A stretch of DNA of 42,198 bases from Trichomonas gallinae (Eukaryota): NCBI GenBank assembly GCA_008369845.1, contig MRSU01003418.1, forward strand, positions 1 to 42,198, given 5' to 3'. Made by a program: the position numbers and the translations under genes. Below the pieces are notes generated by a model. The model saw nothing but the letters and a program-made list of their open reading frames with translations. It made no database searches and was not told the DNA's origin. Below, in pieces: positions 8,985-19,979 of this stretch. The stretch's first letter is position 1; every line of letters starts with the position of its first letter.

Positions 8985-9814
8985 GAAAAATGAAGTGATG
9001 ATTCAAATCTATAAAATCAAAAATGAGTGATCCCCTGTTTATAATTTTTTGTTGCTGTTTATGTTGGCTATAAAAGAAGGGGAAAAATACGATATTAGTG
9101 GGTCAATGAAAAAATAGACCTTCACAAAAAATAAAATCCCTTCAAACCATTAAAAGTGACAATTAAAGTTGGTCTCTGACAATTTACATGGCCTTAAACA
9201 CTTAAATTGGTTAGCTGTAGCTCGGTTCCATAATTGGCCAATACAGCATGGGTTTGTTTACCATATTTTGGCTCTGTTTTAATATGTTCATCATCCAAAA
9301 AATCACAAAATCTTGTTTACGGTCCTATATTTTTGTCATGTAAAATGTATTTTTGGCACAATCATTCATCATCGTTTTTCTTTATTATAATAGATAATAT
9401 ATTAGTTGTAATAACATATTTGATATTCTGCTTCTGACTATGAAGCAGCTGTGATACATTATAAAGCTTAAACTGTTTTCTCAAACACTTTCTAAATTAA
9501 CACTATGAATGCGTTGCAAACCTATCTAACGTCGTTTTTTCAGCGTAAAAATTGGATTTTCTTACTTTTTACATCCTGTTGAAGCCAACAAAGACGTTTT
9601 TAAGTAAAAATATAATTATTTTTTGATAAATTATGCTATTAGTATATATTATTTTCGATATTTAACTGCTTTAATGACTCTTAATGACTCGTTCACGACA
9701 ATAGATATATATATAATTAGAATTAGAATTGCATGAGGATATTTTTGACAATTTACAAACATTTTTGACAAATTGTCAAATGTCACATTTTTAAACGTCT
9801 ACCTATTCAAAAAA

Positions 9815-11149
9815 ATGACTCGAAAACAAACTAAGCAAATACAGGAGAGGCTTAACAAAATACTTCTAAAACTGAATGAAGATGATGATATTTTAATGAA
9901 TTCATCATCATGTTCAGGGAGTGACTCAGAAATCGTCTTAAATAAAAACGATCTAAATGATATAAGCGAAATTTCTTCTATAGAGTCTATAAAAATTGAT
10001 TCATTTCTTGAACACAAATCAAATCATAGCAAATCATCTCCAAAAAGTCAACAGAAAATATCAAAAATTCCAATTCGTTCAAAATTTGAAGAGAAAAATT
10101 TATCAAGAGCTCCAATACGCGAGCAAAAACCATTACATCCCGTTGTTTCATACAGCAAAAACGCGCGAGATTATTCATTTAAGCCAGAAAAACCGATTAA
10201 CTTTTTCGCTATAGATTTTGCTCAATACGAACATGCTATCGTTTGCATTTATAAAGGAACAGACTTTCCACGTGCTAGACAGGGCGAAAGAAGCACTTAT
10301 GTGATTATGCGTCTTCATGATCAACTTCAAGAACTTTCAACACCAATATCATTCGATTCTAAAGAAGCTACATACAATGCCGGTTTCAAACTCGATACTT
10401 TAGGATTAGATTTCGATAAATTTACTCCTGTCATTGAAGTTTACGATTTTCAAGGTGAAAGGCAGCGAGAACTGCTCGGTGTTGGATATATTCAGCTTCA
10501 AATGGCAAAAAGACAAAATAAAATTTGCACTGTTCTCCACGACTCATGGGTTAATATCTATACAGTGAGCACACACGTGAGATGTGGGAGAGTCCTAATG
10601 ACGCTGATTTTTTATGATGATGAGAATGATATTGAAGGAATGATTAAAAATCCAACAGAATCTAATGCAAAAGTTGAAGAAAAAGAAGAAATTCCAGTTC
10701 CTGAGCCGATTCCTGAACCACAAAGACCTAAAAAGAAAGAATCAATGGCTGTACAAGCAGAAGTTTTCGAAATTCCACGAAAAACGGAAGAATCATTTTT
10801 TGATTCTGATGATTTTGATGTTCCAATACGTCAGAACTCATCATGGAGGACAAGAGACTGGCAGGAGCAAGAAAGAAAGGTTTCATCTCAGTTAAAACAA
10901 AAAGCTTTGGATGAATCTACAAATAGTCAGACTAGTTTCCATAAAAGAAAGCCTAAGAAGGTCAACACACCATTAAACATGAAATTTGTAACAGAACTTG
11001 AAGAATCAGACAGTGATGATGATATTAAACCAAAATCATCACCAACTGCATCACAAGTTAAATACTTCACACGACGAAGAGATAAACTAGAAATCCCAGA
11101 GAAAACGACCAAATACAAATATACAAGCTACGCTGATTATGGATATTAA
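9815..11149 (+). CDS. Hypothetical protein with a central C2-like domain
   Basis: IYKGTDFP...STYVIMRL...IEVYD...ELLGVGYIQL resembles a C2 beta-sandwich, with low-complexity flanks. First ATG at 9815. Confidence 0.7.
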   Translation: MTRKQTKQIQERLNKILLKLNEDDDILMNSSSCSGSDSEIVLNKNDLNDISEISSIESIKIDSFLEHKSNHSKSSPKSQQKISKIPIRSKFEEKNLSRAPIREQKPLHPVVSYSKNARDYSFKPEKPINFFAIDFAQYEHAIVCIYKGTDFPRARQGERSTYVIMRLHDQLQELSTPISFDSKEATYNAGFKLDTLGLDFDKFTPVIEVYDFQGERQRELLGVGYIQLQMAKRQNKICTVLHDSWVNIYTVSTHVRCGRVLMTLIFYDDENDIEGMIKNPTESNAKVEEKEEIPVPEPIPEPQRPKKKESMAVQAEVFEIPRKTEESFFDSDDFDVPIRQNSSWRTRDWQEQERKVSSQLKQKALDESTNSQTSFHKRKPKKVNTPLNMKFVTELEESDSDDDIKPKSSPTASQVKYFTRRRDKLEIPEKTTKYKYTSYADYGY

Positions 11150-11435
11150 TTCAATTTTTGTTATTTTGTTATTTTGTTATTTATGAATACTATTAAACAT
11201 GTATTTTATCAATAATGACGCCATACATGATGATTTTTACACTACATATTATTTAATTATAGTTAATACTTTTAATGTTAAAATACAAGTGACAATGAAT
11301 TATTCTAATTAAATTTATTCATTATACAAATGATTTTTAATCATTTTATTAAAATATTTATAATTTTGAATTATTTTTGATTTAGAACGGAAAAGTTTAC
11401 AAAATCGAATGTGTTGGTATTTGTAGTCATTCTGC

Positions 11436-12269
11436 TTAAACATCAGCGACTAAGAAGAATTCACCTTCTGTTGGAATAAGTTCATCTGTTCTGTCCTTGA
11501 AGTATAACTCAATCATGTCTGCACGGTTGATAATCTTGGCGTTCTTAAGGCCGTATTGCTTGGCAAGATCCAAAACTGCATTTGGCATGAAAAAGCTAAG
11601 GAAAGGCGTGCCTGATGCGCCGGCACCTCTCTTTGACATCTGGAAGATCTTCAAATCTTCACCTGTAAGAGCTTCTTCTGGTAAATAAAAGGCGATTACA
11701 ATTTTAGAGCCTTTTGCAAGATTCGATGAGTTTTTGAGGAGCTCATTAACAGCAGCTGTATCAAGGTAGAGTGTAACACCGACACAAGTGAGTAAAGCTG
11801 GTGAATCAGGTTTGAATGATGATTGTTTAAGTATATCGAACCATGATGACTTCATGAAGTTGACAGGAACGAAGTGCTGGAACTCTTTTGATAGGCCAAG
11901 TTCCTTTAATCTTCCTTCCTTCCAATTCAATGTTGGTTCTTCATCGATTTCGAAGATTTGCATATTAAGAGAGTCACCAAGTCTCTGTGCTAATGTGTCT
12001 AATCCAGTTCCGAGGCTCACATATTGATGAATGCCGTTTTTAGAACATTCAATCGCGTAATCATCAAGCAATCTTGCTCTCCCAACCATTGCAGCACGAA
12101 CAGGTTTGGTAAACTTCATGTCTGGTCTCTCTTGCCAGCCTTCTTGTGGAGCAGCAAGTTGCAAACCAATCGAATCTTCAATAACAAGAGGCTTGGCATC
12201 AATTAAACCATGAAGACCACGCCATAGAGCTGTTCTGACTGCAGAGCTGTTTGGTGTTGTGTTTCTCAT
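11436..12269 (-). CDS. Bacterial-type class I SAM-dependent methyltransferase (LCM/Ppm1-YktD family)
   Basis: SAVRTALWR, RARLLDD, QYVSLGTGLDT, IFEIDE...K, VPVNF and GVTLYL motifs. Confidence 0.92.
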   Translation of the reverse strand: MRNTTPNSSAVRTALWRGLHGLIDAKPLVIEDSIGLQLAAPQEGWQERPDMKFTKPVRAAMVGRARLLDDYAIECSKNGIHQYVSLGTGLDTLAQRLGDSLNMQIFEIDEEPTLNWKEGRLKELGLSKEFQHFVPVNFMKSSWFDILKQSSFKPDSPALLTCVGVTLYLDTAAVNELLKNSSNLAKGSKIVIAFYLPEEALTGEDLKIFQMSKRGAGASGTPFLSFFMPNAVLDLAKQYGLKNAKIINRADMIELYFKDRTDELIPTEGEFFLVADV

Positions 12270-12917
12270 CTAAAATCAAACAGATTTGTGATGTGACCAA
12301 GTTTGAGAATCAAAGAAATCTTTTTATCGTTCAAATATTAACCTATATCAACAACACAGCATGATTTATCTCTCTGCACGTTTAAAAATCAATAAGGTTA
12401 TATCGCTCTCAATTATTTTTTGTAAAATTAAACAAGCTCCGAATCCATTATGAAGAGTATAGTCTCATTTTTATGTAAATTTTTAATTTCCAACATTTTG
12501 GAATAGAAAGTTATTAGAACCTTATTTTGCTGCACATATATTCAATGAACAAAATTCTCTCCTGATTGATTATTATCTATTTTCAACATATGTTAATATA
12601 ATTCACTAGTGGTACTATAATATAATCATACTAATATTATTCAAATCTCTTTGTTCAACTTATTATTCGTGAAATAATCACAATGAAGTTGAAAACAAAA
12701 AATCATTATTTACAATTCGAATTAATCAACATCTTAGTCTTCAAATCGAATATGAGACCATTTAAACAGGTTTGTTCCAAATTCATCAAATCAAATTTCA
12801 ATTCAATAATTTTCTCAAAGTATTCATGATGAGCGATAAAAAAATTATGATATTGGGATATTAGATACTAAAAATAATAACATGGTATTTATTGATTGAA
12901 ATAATAAAAAACAATAA

Positions 12918-14960
12918 TTAATCCTTTGGCTTTTGAGTAAATTGTATCATTTCAATTGGTCCTAGAGATGAGTTTCCATCAAAATCTGAGATGTTGATCG
13001 GTGTTATTTTCTGTGCAATCATGAACTGAGCGTTGACGCTTCTTGAGAAAGAATCTTTTTTGTTTTTCTTTGGCGAGACAGGCCTCCTCTTCTTTCCATC
13101 ATTTGGAACATCAGGGGGCTTCACTGGGCTCTTTTCTTTTTCTTCTGCTTTATCTTCATTATTTTGTGCATTTCCATCATCATTCTTGTCTTCTTCATTC
13201 TGTTCATTATCTTCTTCTTCGTCCTGCTGCATCTGACTGTAATCATATGGTGGCTCGTCATAATAAGCAATTTCCTCATCTATAGGCGTCATATAATAAG
13301 ATGCATCACGCTGTGGAGGTGGAACGAACCAGTCTGGCAATATAAATGAAACTTTCGGCTTCCTTTCCTTCTTATCTTGGCTCTTGGGAGATACATGGAC
13401 TGGAGTGTCAGGGCGTGGTTCGTCATTCAGGAAGTTATTGACACTGTCGCGCACTGATATTCCATCCATTTCGATCTTGTATGGAACATTGGCTGACTTA
13501 GGCGATAGAATAGCTTTAGGCGGGTCATATAGCTTAAGCTTTAAGTCTTCTATTGATTCCCTTGTTTGTGGATTTTTGACAATAATATTTGACAGTCTTA
13601 TAACGGGTCTGGCAAAATTCGATGAATTTGACAAAGTTCTTCTGTCAGTGTCAGAAGTTTTAGGACGTCCATCATTATTAGTTATGAGTCTTTCTTCGAT
13701 GAATTCCATCCTTGAACAAAGGTGCTCATTGATTTTTGTCATCCTCTGATTAGTTTCGTGCGAATTTTCTTTGACGTGATTTTCATATTCGTCGATTCGT
13801 TGCATTATTGTCTCGAAATAGCCTTTGAACTCGTTGTTGATGACTTCTTTTATGTCTGAGATGTTGAAATCTCCAATTTTCGCAGATTCAGGATTTGCGT
13901 TGTTTTTGCGTGCATTTACTTCTCCACACAATGCTTCCTCAAGAGAAGCTACTTGCTTGTTTATATAATCATGCATTGATGAAATTGTTTGAGAAATTTC
14001 ATTTTGGAAAGCATGGTTTGAGTTTGCGCAGTTTTCTGCAAATGAATCCACTTTTTTATCGATTTTATCTATCGAGACGCTGGAATTATTATTAATTATG
14101 TTGATATTTTTTTGAATTTCTGAAATAGTGTCTTGGATCGAATTAATACATGTTGAAACCTTTCCAAACGTAAATGCGTTTTGATTATTCATTCCTTCTA
14201 TTTGTTGCATTATATGTTGGTCAGATTTATACGAATTTTGAGATAATTCTGAAATCATTCGATTAATTTGCTCTATTGAAGAGTTCAACGATTGCTCCAT
14301 ATTTGTTTTCCATTTCGTGAGCGCAATTACGTCTTCTTCTATTCCTGACATATTTGGAGCGTTTTGATTTGCTTTTAGCGATTCTTGATATTTCTGACCT
14401 TTCTCTGATAATTCGCTATTGATGTATTTGATTTTTAATGTGTTTTCTTCAGTTTTTTGCGATAAATTTGTATAATTCATTGTTAAATCTGATATTTTGT
14501 CTCTTATTGTCGAAAATAAATCATTAGCATTCGCATTACTTCTATTTAGCTTCGTATTTATGTTCGAAACTGCATCTTCTAAAGGTTTTAATCTCATTGG
14601 AAGCTCATAGTTTAATATTCTATCAATAATATTTTGCGAGATCTGATTAATATTTGGTTGATATGATGTTGGTGATGGTGAAGGTGAATCATTATCGTGA
14701 TAACGATCATTTTGATGTCTTCTAGGTGATTGAGCACGAATATCATCATCAGTAAATGTCTTCGTGGCATAACTGTTGACCTGCCTTTGTAGCTCATCGT
14801 CTGTAACTCTGTATTGCTGCGAAATCACGCTATGTGCATTTTGTCTAATAACAGAAGGCTTTCCTTGCTCTTCAATTTGTCGCTTAAGTTCAGCGGCATA
14901 CTGTGACCTCTGTTCTGCGCGTTTTTGCTCAAGTCTTTCACCTTCTTGTCCAAAATACAT
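12918..14960 (-). CDS. Hypothetical coiled-coil protein with an acidic/basic low-complexity C-terminus
   Basis: 680-aa ORF with a heptad-rich centre; N-terminal QYAAELKRQIEE. Confidence 0.8.
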   Translation of the reverse strand: MYFGQEGERLEQKRAEQRSQYAAELKRQIEEQGKPSVIRQNAHSVISQQYRVTDDELQRQVNSYATKTFTDDDIRAQSPRRHQNDRYHDNDSPSPSPTSYQPNINQISQNIIDRILNYELPMRLKPLEDAVSNINTKLNRSNANANDLFSTIRDKISDLTMNYTNLSQKTEENTLKIKYINSELSEKGQKYQESLKANQNAPNMSGIEEDVIALTKWKTNMEQSLNSSIEQINRMISELSQNSYKSDQHIMQQIEGMNNQNAFTFGKVSTCINSIQDTISEIQKNINIINNNSSVSIDKIDKKVDSFAENCANSNHAFQNEISQTISSMHDYINKQVASLEEALCGEVNARKNNANPESAKIGDFNISDIKEVINNEFKGYFETIMQRIDEYENHVKENSHETNQRMTKINEHLCSRMEFIEERLITNNDGRPKTSDTDRRTLSNSSNFARPVIRLSNIIVKNPQTRESIEDLKLKLYDPPKAILSPKSANVPYKIEMDGISVRDSVNNFLNDEPRPDTPVHVSPKSQDKKERKPKVSFILPDWFVPPPQRDASYYMTPIDEEIAYYDEPPYDYSQMQQDEEEDNEQNEEDKNDDGNAQNNEDKAEEKEKSPVKPPDVPNDGKKRRPVSPKKNKKDSFSRSVNAQFMIAQKITPINISDFDGNSSLGPIEMIQFTQKPKD

Positions 14961-15516
14961 TTTTCCAATATAAAATTTATCCCCTTTTTATAATTTATAG
15001 ACCCTCATCAATTTGATAAAGACCCTAAATAACTTTGTTAGACCCTACATTAAAATCTGACATTTGTCAAAAAATTATATGCATCCAATTATATATATAT
15101 TTAGTAATAAACAAGCGGATACATCGATTTCATCTTCCAAATTTGCATTTCTCATATATATTTTGACTTGGTAAAATATTTTCAATATCAATTTTATATT
15201 TCCCTATAACTATAGAAAAGAGTTATGGTTTTAAGAATATTAATGGAATATAGTTTAATGCTGGTGATTGTTATATGATTAACATTGTTCATTTAATGAA
15301 AAAAAAATTCAAATATATGTAAAAAAAAAAAAATCAAGGACTATTAATATATTGTCATGATGTTCTTACTTTTAATAAAATTTTGTAATGAATGATACTT
15401 AAATTCAAAAAAATAGAAATTTTATAGATAAATAAATACAATAACGTAATAATATAGGATATTCATGTGAGATAGATAAAGTTAGTATATATATATATAT
15501 TCTTGTTTGTGGACTT

Positions 15517-17349
15517 TCAGTCAAGATTAAAAGAAATTGTAAGAAGTTGAGATTTAACGGGTTGTCCAGGCAGCAAAATCTCGCTTTCATCGCGAATGAC
15601 AGCGAGAAGTGTCATAGATTCAGGAATAAAGTGGATTTTTCTGATTGACGTCTTTTCGCGACAAAATTCGAAAATTTCTGTCGAGTTCTGTGGATCCCAT
15701 GCGCGAACAACTCCATCATCACCTCCAGAGAAAACAACTAACCGTCCGTCGACATCGCACGCATGTATTGCTGTGATCTTCTTCGTGTGTCTGTCGAAAT
15801 GCATCGCGCAAGAGTTCTTTTTAACATCCCAGGCTTTCATCGTGAAATCTGCTGATCCTGAGAAGAGCAAATCCTTGTAAGTAGACAGGGCTGTTGTGCT
15901 TCCTGTGTGTCCAACAAGCAGGCCAACTTGTTGTCGATCGCTATTTAAGACATCAATTTGATTACTGACTGATGATGAGACAATGATTGATTTGTCGATC
16001 GAAGTGGTAAAATTATAGTTCCTGCAGCTAGGGGTAAACGTGTTCATATGGTTACGGCCTCGTTTCTTGTTAATTATTGATTGATCGAGGTCTTCTGGAA
16101 TTATTTTATTTTGGTATGACACTGGGTTCAATTCTGTAACAATTGATGAAAATGGCTGCTGATTTTGCGCATTTTTCTTATAAATTACAATTGAACTTTG
16201 AGTTGTCAGATATAGGTTGTCATCTATTATTGAAATTGACGTATATTCTAACGGATGTGCACTAGCAAACAGAATATCAACCAATGATAGAGATTCAACT
16301 GAAATACCAAAAATTCGACATTCAGCAGCAATCCAGACAATTTTCATTTCAGAATCATAAACAATTGATGTTGGAGCTTGATAACATGGAATAGGAATGA
16401 CATTTCCGTTAATAGAAAGCGAATAACATTTTGAATTTTGAGCATAAAATGTGTAAATCAGTTCTCCTTCATCCAAGAATGTTGAACATATGATTCCTGG
16501 TATATCCTGTATGTTTTCAGACACACTTCCTTGATAAAATTTTGAATAATTTGGAATATTTCCTACTGGAACAGTCAAATCTTGTTTTCTTTGTATATGA
16601 TCGGTTAGTTTATCCATTTTACACTCTGATATTTGCGGATATTGACCAGATGATGAAATTGAAGTCAATGATTCTGAAAAATTCGTTAAAAACTGCTTGG
16701 TCGGAAATGCATAAACCTTCTTTGCCATAGTATCAAATGAAAATATGCTTTCAACGTTAAGCTTCTTTATCATCTGATTAATACATTGATTGAAGTTGCT
16801 GGCAAGAGTTTTTAGAGTATTTATACTAACATTCTCTTGTGATAACTTTCTGATAGTATTTAAGTAATCGTAATGCTTTTGTAATACTGATTGATAAGAA
16901 TTTTGATCATTTGCGATTTCAACTGATAATTCTGGTATTGGTGGTATTTGTATTTCTTGTGGGCCAATGTTTCCGTTTGTTTGCGCTCTCGAGTTATTCT
17001 TCTGACCTAAATTTGCTTTATTTTCGGAGATATCACCTGTAGGCATCTGATTAGGGTCTCCCATTGGTATAGGTGGAATCTGCGCAGTAGGTATTCGTTC
17101 AGGATCTACACTCAATGCTGCTTTCTTGTTATTATTAAACCAAACACGCACTTTCTTGGCATCCCAGTGCTCAGCATTCTTTTTCTTCAACTCTTCCAGC
17201 ACTTTATCGACTAATTCTTTTCTCGAAATACTTCTTTCGGGGTAACTGAAATACAGCCTGAGATTAGGGCGAAGAATCTGCATCTCTTCATTGGATGCAT
17301 AATGGCGGTCGTCGTCGTCGGTCTTGTTCACGAGAATTTGACCGAGCAT
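15517..17349 (-). CDS. WD40-repeat protein with an N-terminal homeodomain-like helix-turn-helix
   Basis: C-terminal GH...LFSGSADFTMKAWD and H...VFSGGDDGVVRAWD repeats; N-terminal L...WDAKKVRVWFNNNKK. Confidence 0.88.
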   Translation of the reverse strand: MLGQILVNKTDDDDRHYASNEEMQILRPNLRLYFSYPERSISRKELVDKVLEELKKKNAEHWDAKKVRVWFNNNKKAALSVDPERIPTAQIPPIPMGDPNQMPTGDISENKANLGQKNNSRAQTNGNIGPQEIQIPPIPELSVEIANDQNSYQSVLQKHYDYLNTIRKLSQENVSINTLKTLASNFNQCINQMIKKLNVESIFSFDTMAKKVYAFPTKQFLTNFSESLTSISSSGQYPQISECKMDKLTDHIQRKQDLTVPVGNIPNYSKFYQGSVSENIQDIPGIICSTFLDEGELIYTFYAQNSKCYSLSINGNVIPIPCYQAPTSIVYDSEMKIVWIAAECRIFGISVESLSLVDILFASAHPLEYTSISIIDDNLYLTTQSSIVIYKKNAQNQQPFSSIVTELNPVSYQNKIIPEDLDQSIINKKRGRNHMNTFTPSCRNYNFTTSIDKSIIVSSSVSNQIDVLNSDRQQVGLLVGHTGSTTALSTYKDLLFSGSADFTMKAWDVKKNSCAMHFDRHTKKITAIHACDVDGRLVVFSGGDDGVVRAWDPQNSTEIFEFCREKTSIRKIHFIPESMTLLAVIRDESEILLPGQPVKSQLLTISFNLD

Positions 17350-17954
17350 TAATTTTTTTACATGAAAAATTGAATAGTTTACAAATTTGTCAAAATCTTC
17401 AACAATTTCGATATCGAAGAAATCATATGTTTCTAACTCAGAAAAATGGGTTCAGTTGACCAGAGTATGTGGAAATAATCCTGAATTTTCCAGGATCCAT
17501 TTTTTCAAACTTCTTGGTCGAATAAAATTTGTATCTCTGCTCTTTATAAAAATATCCAACATTTCACGGCTTTTATTTTAGATTGAAGATGCAAGAATTA
17601 AAAATATTCATGCATCAACGTTCAAAGGATTTAAATGCCATATAGTTCCATTGGATCAATGAGCTCGATCATTGGGACAAATAATGCAAAAAGAAACGAA
17701 TTTTTCAACTTGTGAATTAAAAAATACGGTATTTTTTTTTTCTGTGTGTGAATTGAGTCGTCTATAAACACTGTTGCTGGTATGAGAACAAACGATTTGA
17801 CTCATTTACAATTTAATTTGCAAAGAAATATGCTATATAATTCTAGAAATTATGATTTATCAGATTTCTCGAGCATAAGTGAGTATCTTTTCATTTTTGG
17901 CTCATAAGAATAAATATTTTGATTCCTAGTCATATGAAAATTAAAAGAAATTAT

Positions 17955-19979
17955 TTATGTTGAACTATTTTTTTTTTTTTTTTGAACTGGTTTGGAAGCA
18001 TCCTCTGATTTGGTTCTTTGAGGAGTAGAACAATTTGCATGATTTTGTTTGGAAACATCGTCGGATTTGGTTCTTTGAGGAGTAGAACAATTTGCATGAT
18101 TTTGTTTGGAAACATCGTCAAATTTGTCGGCAGTATGACTATTTGCATGCTCTGATTCGTAATCATCTGATGAAGAATCCGAAAGAACTAATTTTTTACG
18201 ATTCTTAGGAGGCATGCGACTTTGTTCATTTAGTTCTTTAGGTTCCTCTGAATTAGCATCAGTATACACAGTTGCTATACGTATTTCCTCTTTTTGTATG
18301 GTTTCATTTCTTTTCTCATCGATGATAAACTCTACAATTTTTGAATATTCTTCATAAGTCATATCGAAAAGGAATTGAGAATTGCGTTCGAAGGATTGTT
18401 TGGCGATATTAGCATATTTCTTTTTGATAGCCATGTCAACAATAAGTGGAATAAGAACTTCCTCGATATATTTCGACACAGATTTCTTAGATTTATAGTT
18501 ATCTAATTCTTCAGCGTCAAAAACTGTGTCTAACTGAATCTCGATATCATCTTTCATTTCCAAAATGCTTTGATAATATTCGTCTTCCTTTCTTTTCTGC
18601 ATTATATTTTGATGTTTATCAAGAATTTCCTCGTAACGCTTCTGAAGTTCGCTTGTTGCTGAGTCCTGTTCTGGTCGCTCAATATTTGCTTTCTCTCCAG
18701 CAGATTCTTGTTCTGTTGCTTCTGATTTCGGCTCTCGTTGGTTAATTTCTGATTGTTTTTCAGCAGGTGCTTGTTTTGCAGTTTCTGTTTCCTTTTCTTG
18801 TTCGTCAATATCAATATCTGTTATGCTATCAGCGAGTGCATTAAATTGTTCATTATGTTTTGTGATTGGGATAAACTTGTATTCTGTGTTAGAGGCGTCA
18901 ATTAAATCTTTCGTTTTTTTATATCTAATATTTGACGTATAAACTTCAAATTGGAAATTATTTGCTTTGAAATAATCTTTGAATAGAAAACAGAGACTGT
19001 TTCCTCCGAAACATGAAATTATATCATTATTTTCAAAATATTCTATGAAATTAGTAATCTCTTTGCCGAGATCTTTAAAATCATCCTTATTAAGAGTTAA
19101 TGAAGCTTTAACACTGCATTTTGTAGTTTGCTCGCTCTTAAAAGGCGATGGATGGTCAAATCGAAGATTTTCTTTGCATTTTTCGGCTGAATCAAAAAAG
19201 AACCTCTCAAATCTCTGTTTTTCTCCACCATTGAGCTCGTTCATAAAATCTTTAATATTTTGGTCTGGAGATCCATTGAACTCTTTCTTCAAAAGATCGA
19301 TAATCAATTGAGTGATATCATTTCCACCAATATTAATACACCCGTATTTATGTAATTGGATATTTTCACCATTATCCGTGAATTGATAGCCTTGTGTAAC
19401 TGTTGCGCCTGAATCGATTACTAAAATCTTTTTATCTCCAATATCGATACCCCTTTCATCAATAAATGAAGCAATTGTTTCAAAAGAATCATCAAAATCT
19501 AGTGCAATTCCAGCTAAATCGGCTGCAGTTTGGAATTTTCCTATCATCTTGTTGTAGATTTTCCACCAAGGCGGAACAACAAGCGTAATTTTATCAGTTT
19601 TGAGCTCCTGTGTGAGTAACTTAATGAAAATCGCCATGGCTACATGAGGATCAATTTCATTTTCGCCTTCAATTTTAAATGGCTTGTTTTCAGCTAAATG
19701 CGTGACTAATCTTCGTAATACGTACGGCTCATCCATACCATGAACTGTAATGGCATCCCTGCCGAATGTAATTTCGCCGTCCTTAATTAGAAATAGAGTG
19801 GGGAATGAATTCTCCCTATACTTGCTTGCGACAATTGCTGAGGAGTTCTTAGTGAAATAAGAAACTTTTGTCGAGTAATCGCCAATATCAACATAATACA
19901 TCATTAAAAAAAGTATGACTAAAAAAATGCCAACAGTTGTCACTTTTAGTTTCCAGTTGGAAATTTTGTTTAATTGCAT
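17955..19979 (-). CDS. Divergent Hsp70/actin-fold ATPase-domain protein with an N-terminal membrane anchor or signal
   Basis: VDIGDYST (phosphate-1), LVVPPWW, AADLAGI, LVIDSGATVT (phosphate-2), IGGNDIT and AEKCKENL. Hydrophobic VGIFLVILFLMMYY. First ATG at 19979. Confidence 0.85.
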   Translation of the reverse strand: MQLNKISNWKLKVTTVGIFLVILFLMMYYVDIGDYSTKVSYFTKNSSAIVASKYRENSFPTLFLIKDGEITFGRDAITVHGMDEPYVLRRLVTHLAENKPFKIEGENEIDPHVAMAIFIKLLTQELKTDKITLVVPPWWKIYNKMIGKFQTAADLAGIALDFDDSFETIASFIDERGIDIGDKKILVIDSGATVTQGYQFTDNGENIQLHKYGCINIGGNDITQLIIDLLKKEFNGSPDQNIKDFMNELNGGEKQRFERFFFDSAEKCKENLRFDHPSPFKSEQTTKCSVKASLTLNKDDFKDLGKEITNFIEYFENNDIISCFGGNSLCFLFKDYFKANNFQFEVYTSNIRYKKTKDLIDASNTEYKFIPITKHNEQFNALADSITDIDIDEQEKETETAKQAPAEKQSEINQREPKSEATEQESAGEKANIERPEQDSATSELQKRYEEILDKHQNIMQKRKEDEYYQSILEMKDDIEIQLDTVFDAEELDNYKSKKSVSKYIEEVLIPLIVDMAIKKKYANIAKQSFERNSQFLFDMTYEEYSKIVEFIIDEKRNETIQKEEIRIATVYTDANSEEPKELNEQSRMPPKNRKKLVLSDSSSDDYESEHANSHTADKFDDVSKQNHANCSTPQRTKSDDVSKQNHANCSTPQRTKSEDASKPVQKKKKNSST
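18007..18119 (-). repeat. 57-nt tandem duplication encoding DDVSKQNHANCSTPQRTKS x2
   Basis: Matching copies start at 18007 and 18064, with partial flanking copies. Confidence 0.95.

Noticed and set aside
9170..9437. Short ORFs in the nfu/C2 intergenic region
   Set aside because: Non-ATG starts, interrupted frames and no motif.
11436..12269. Bacterial contamination
   Set aside because: Flanked by AT-rich host-like intergenic DNA, with an Inr-like element and no operon context.
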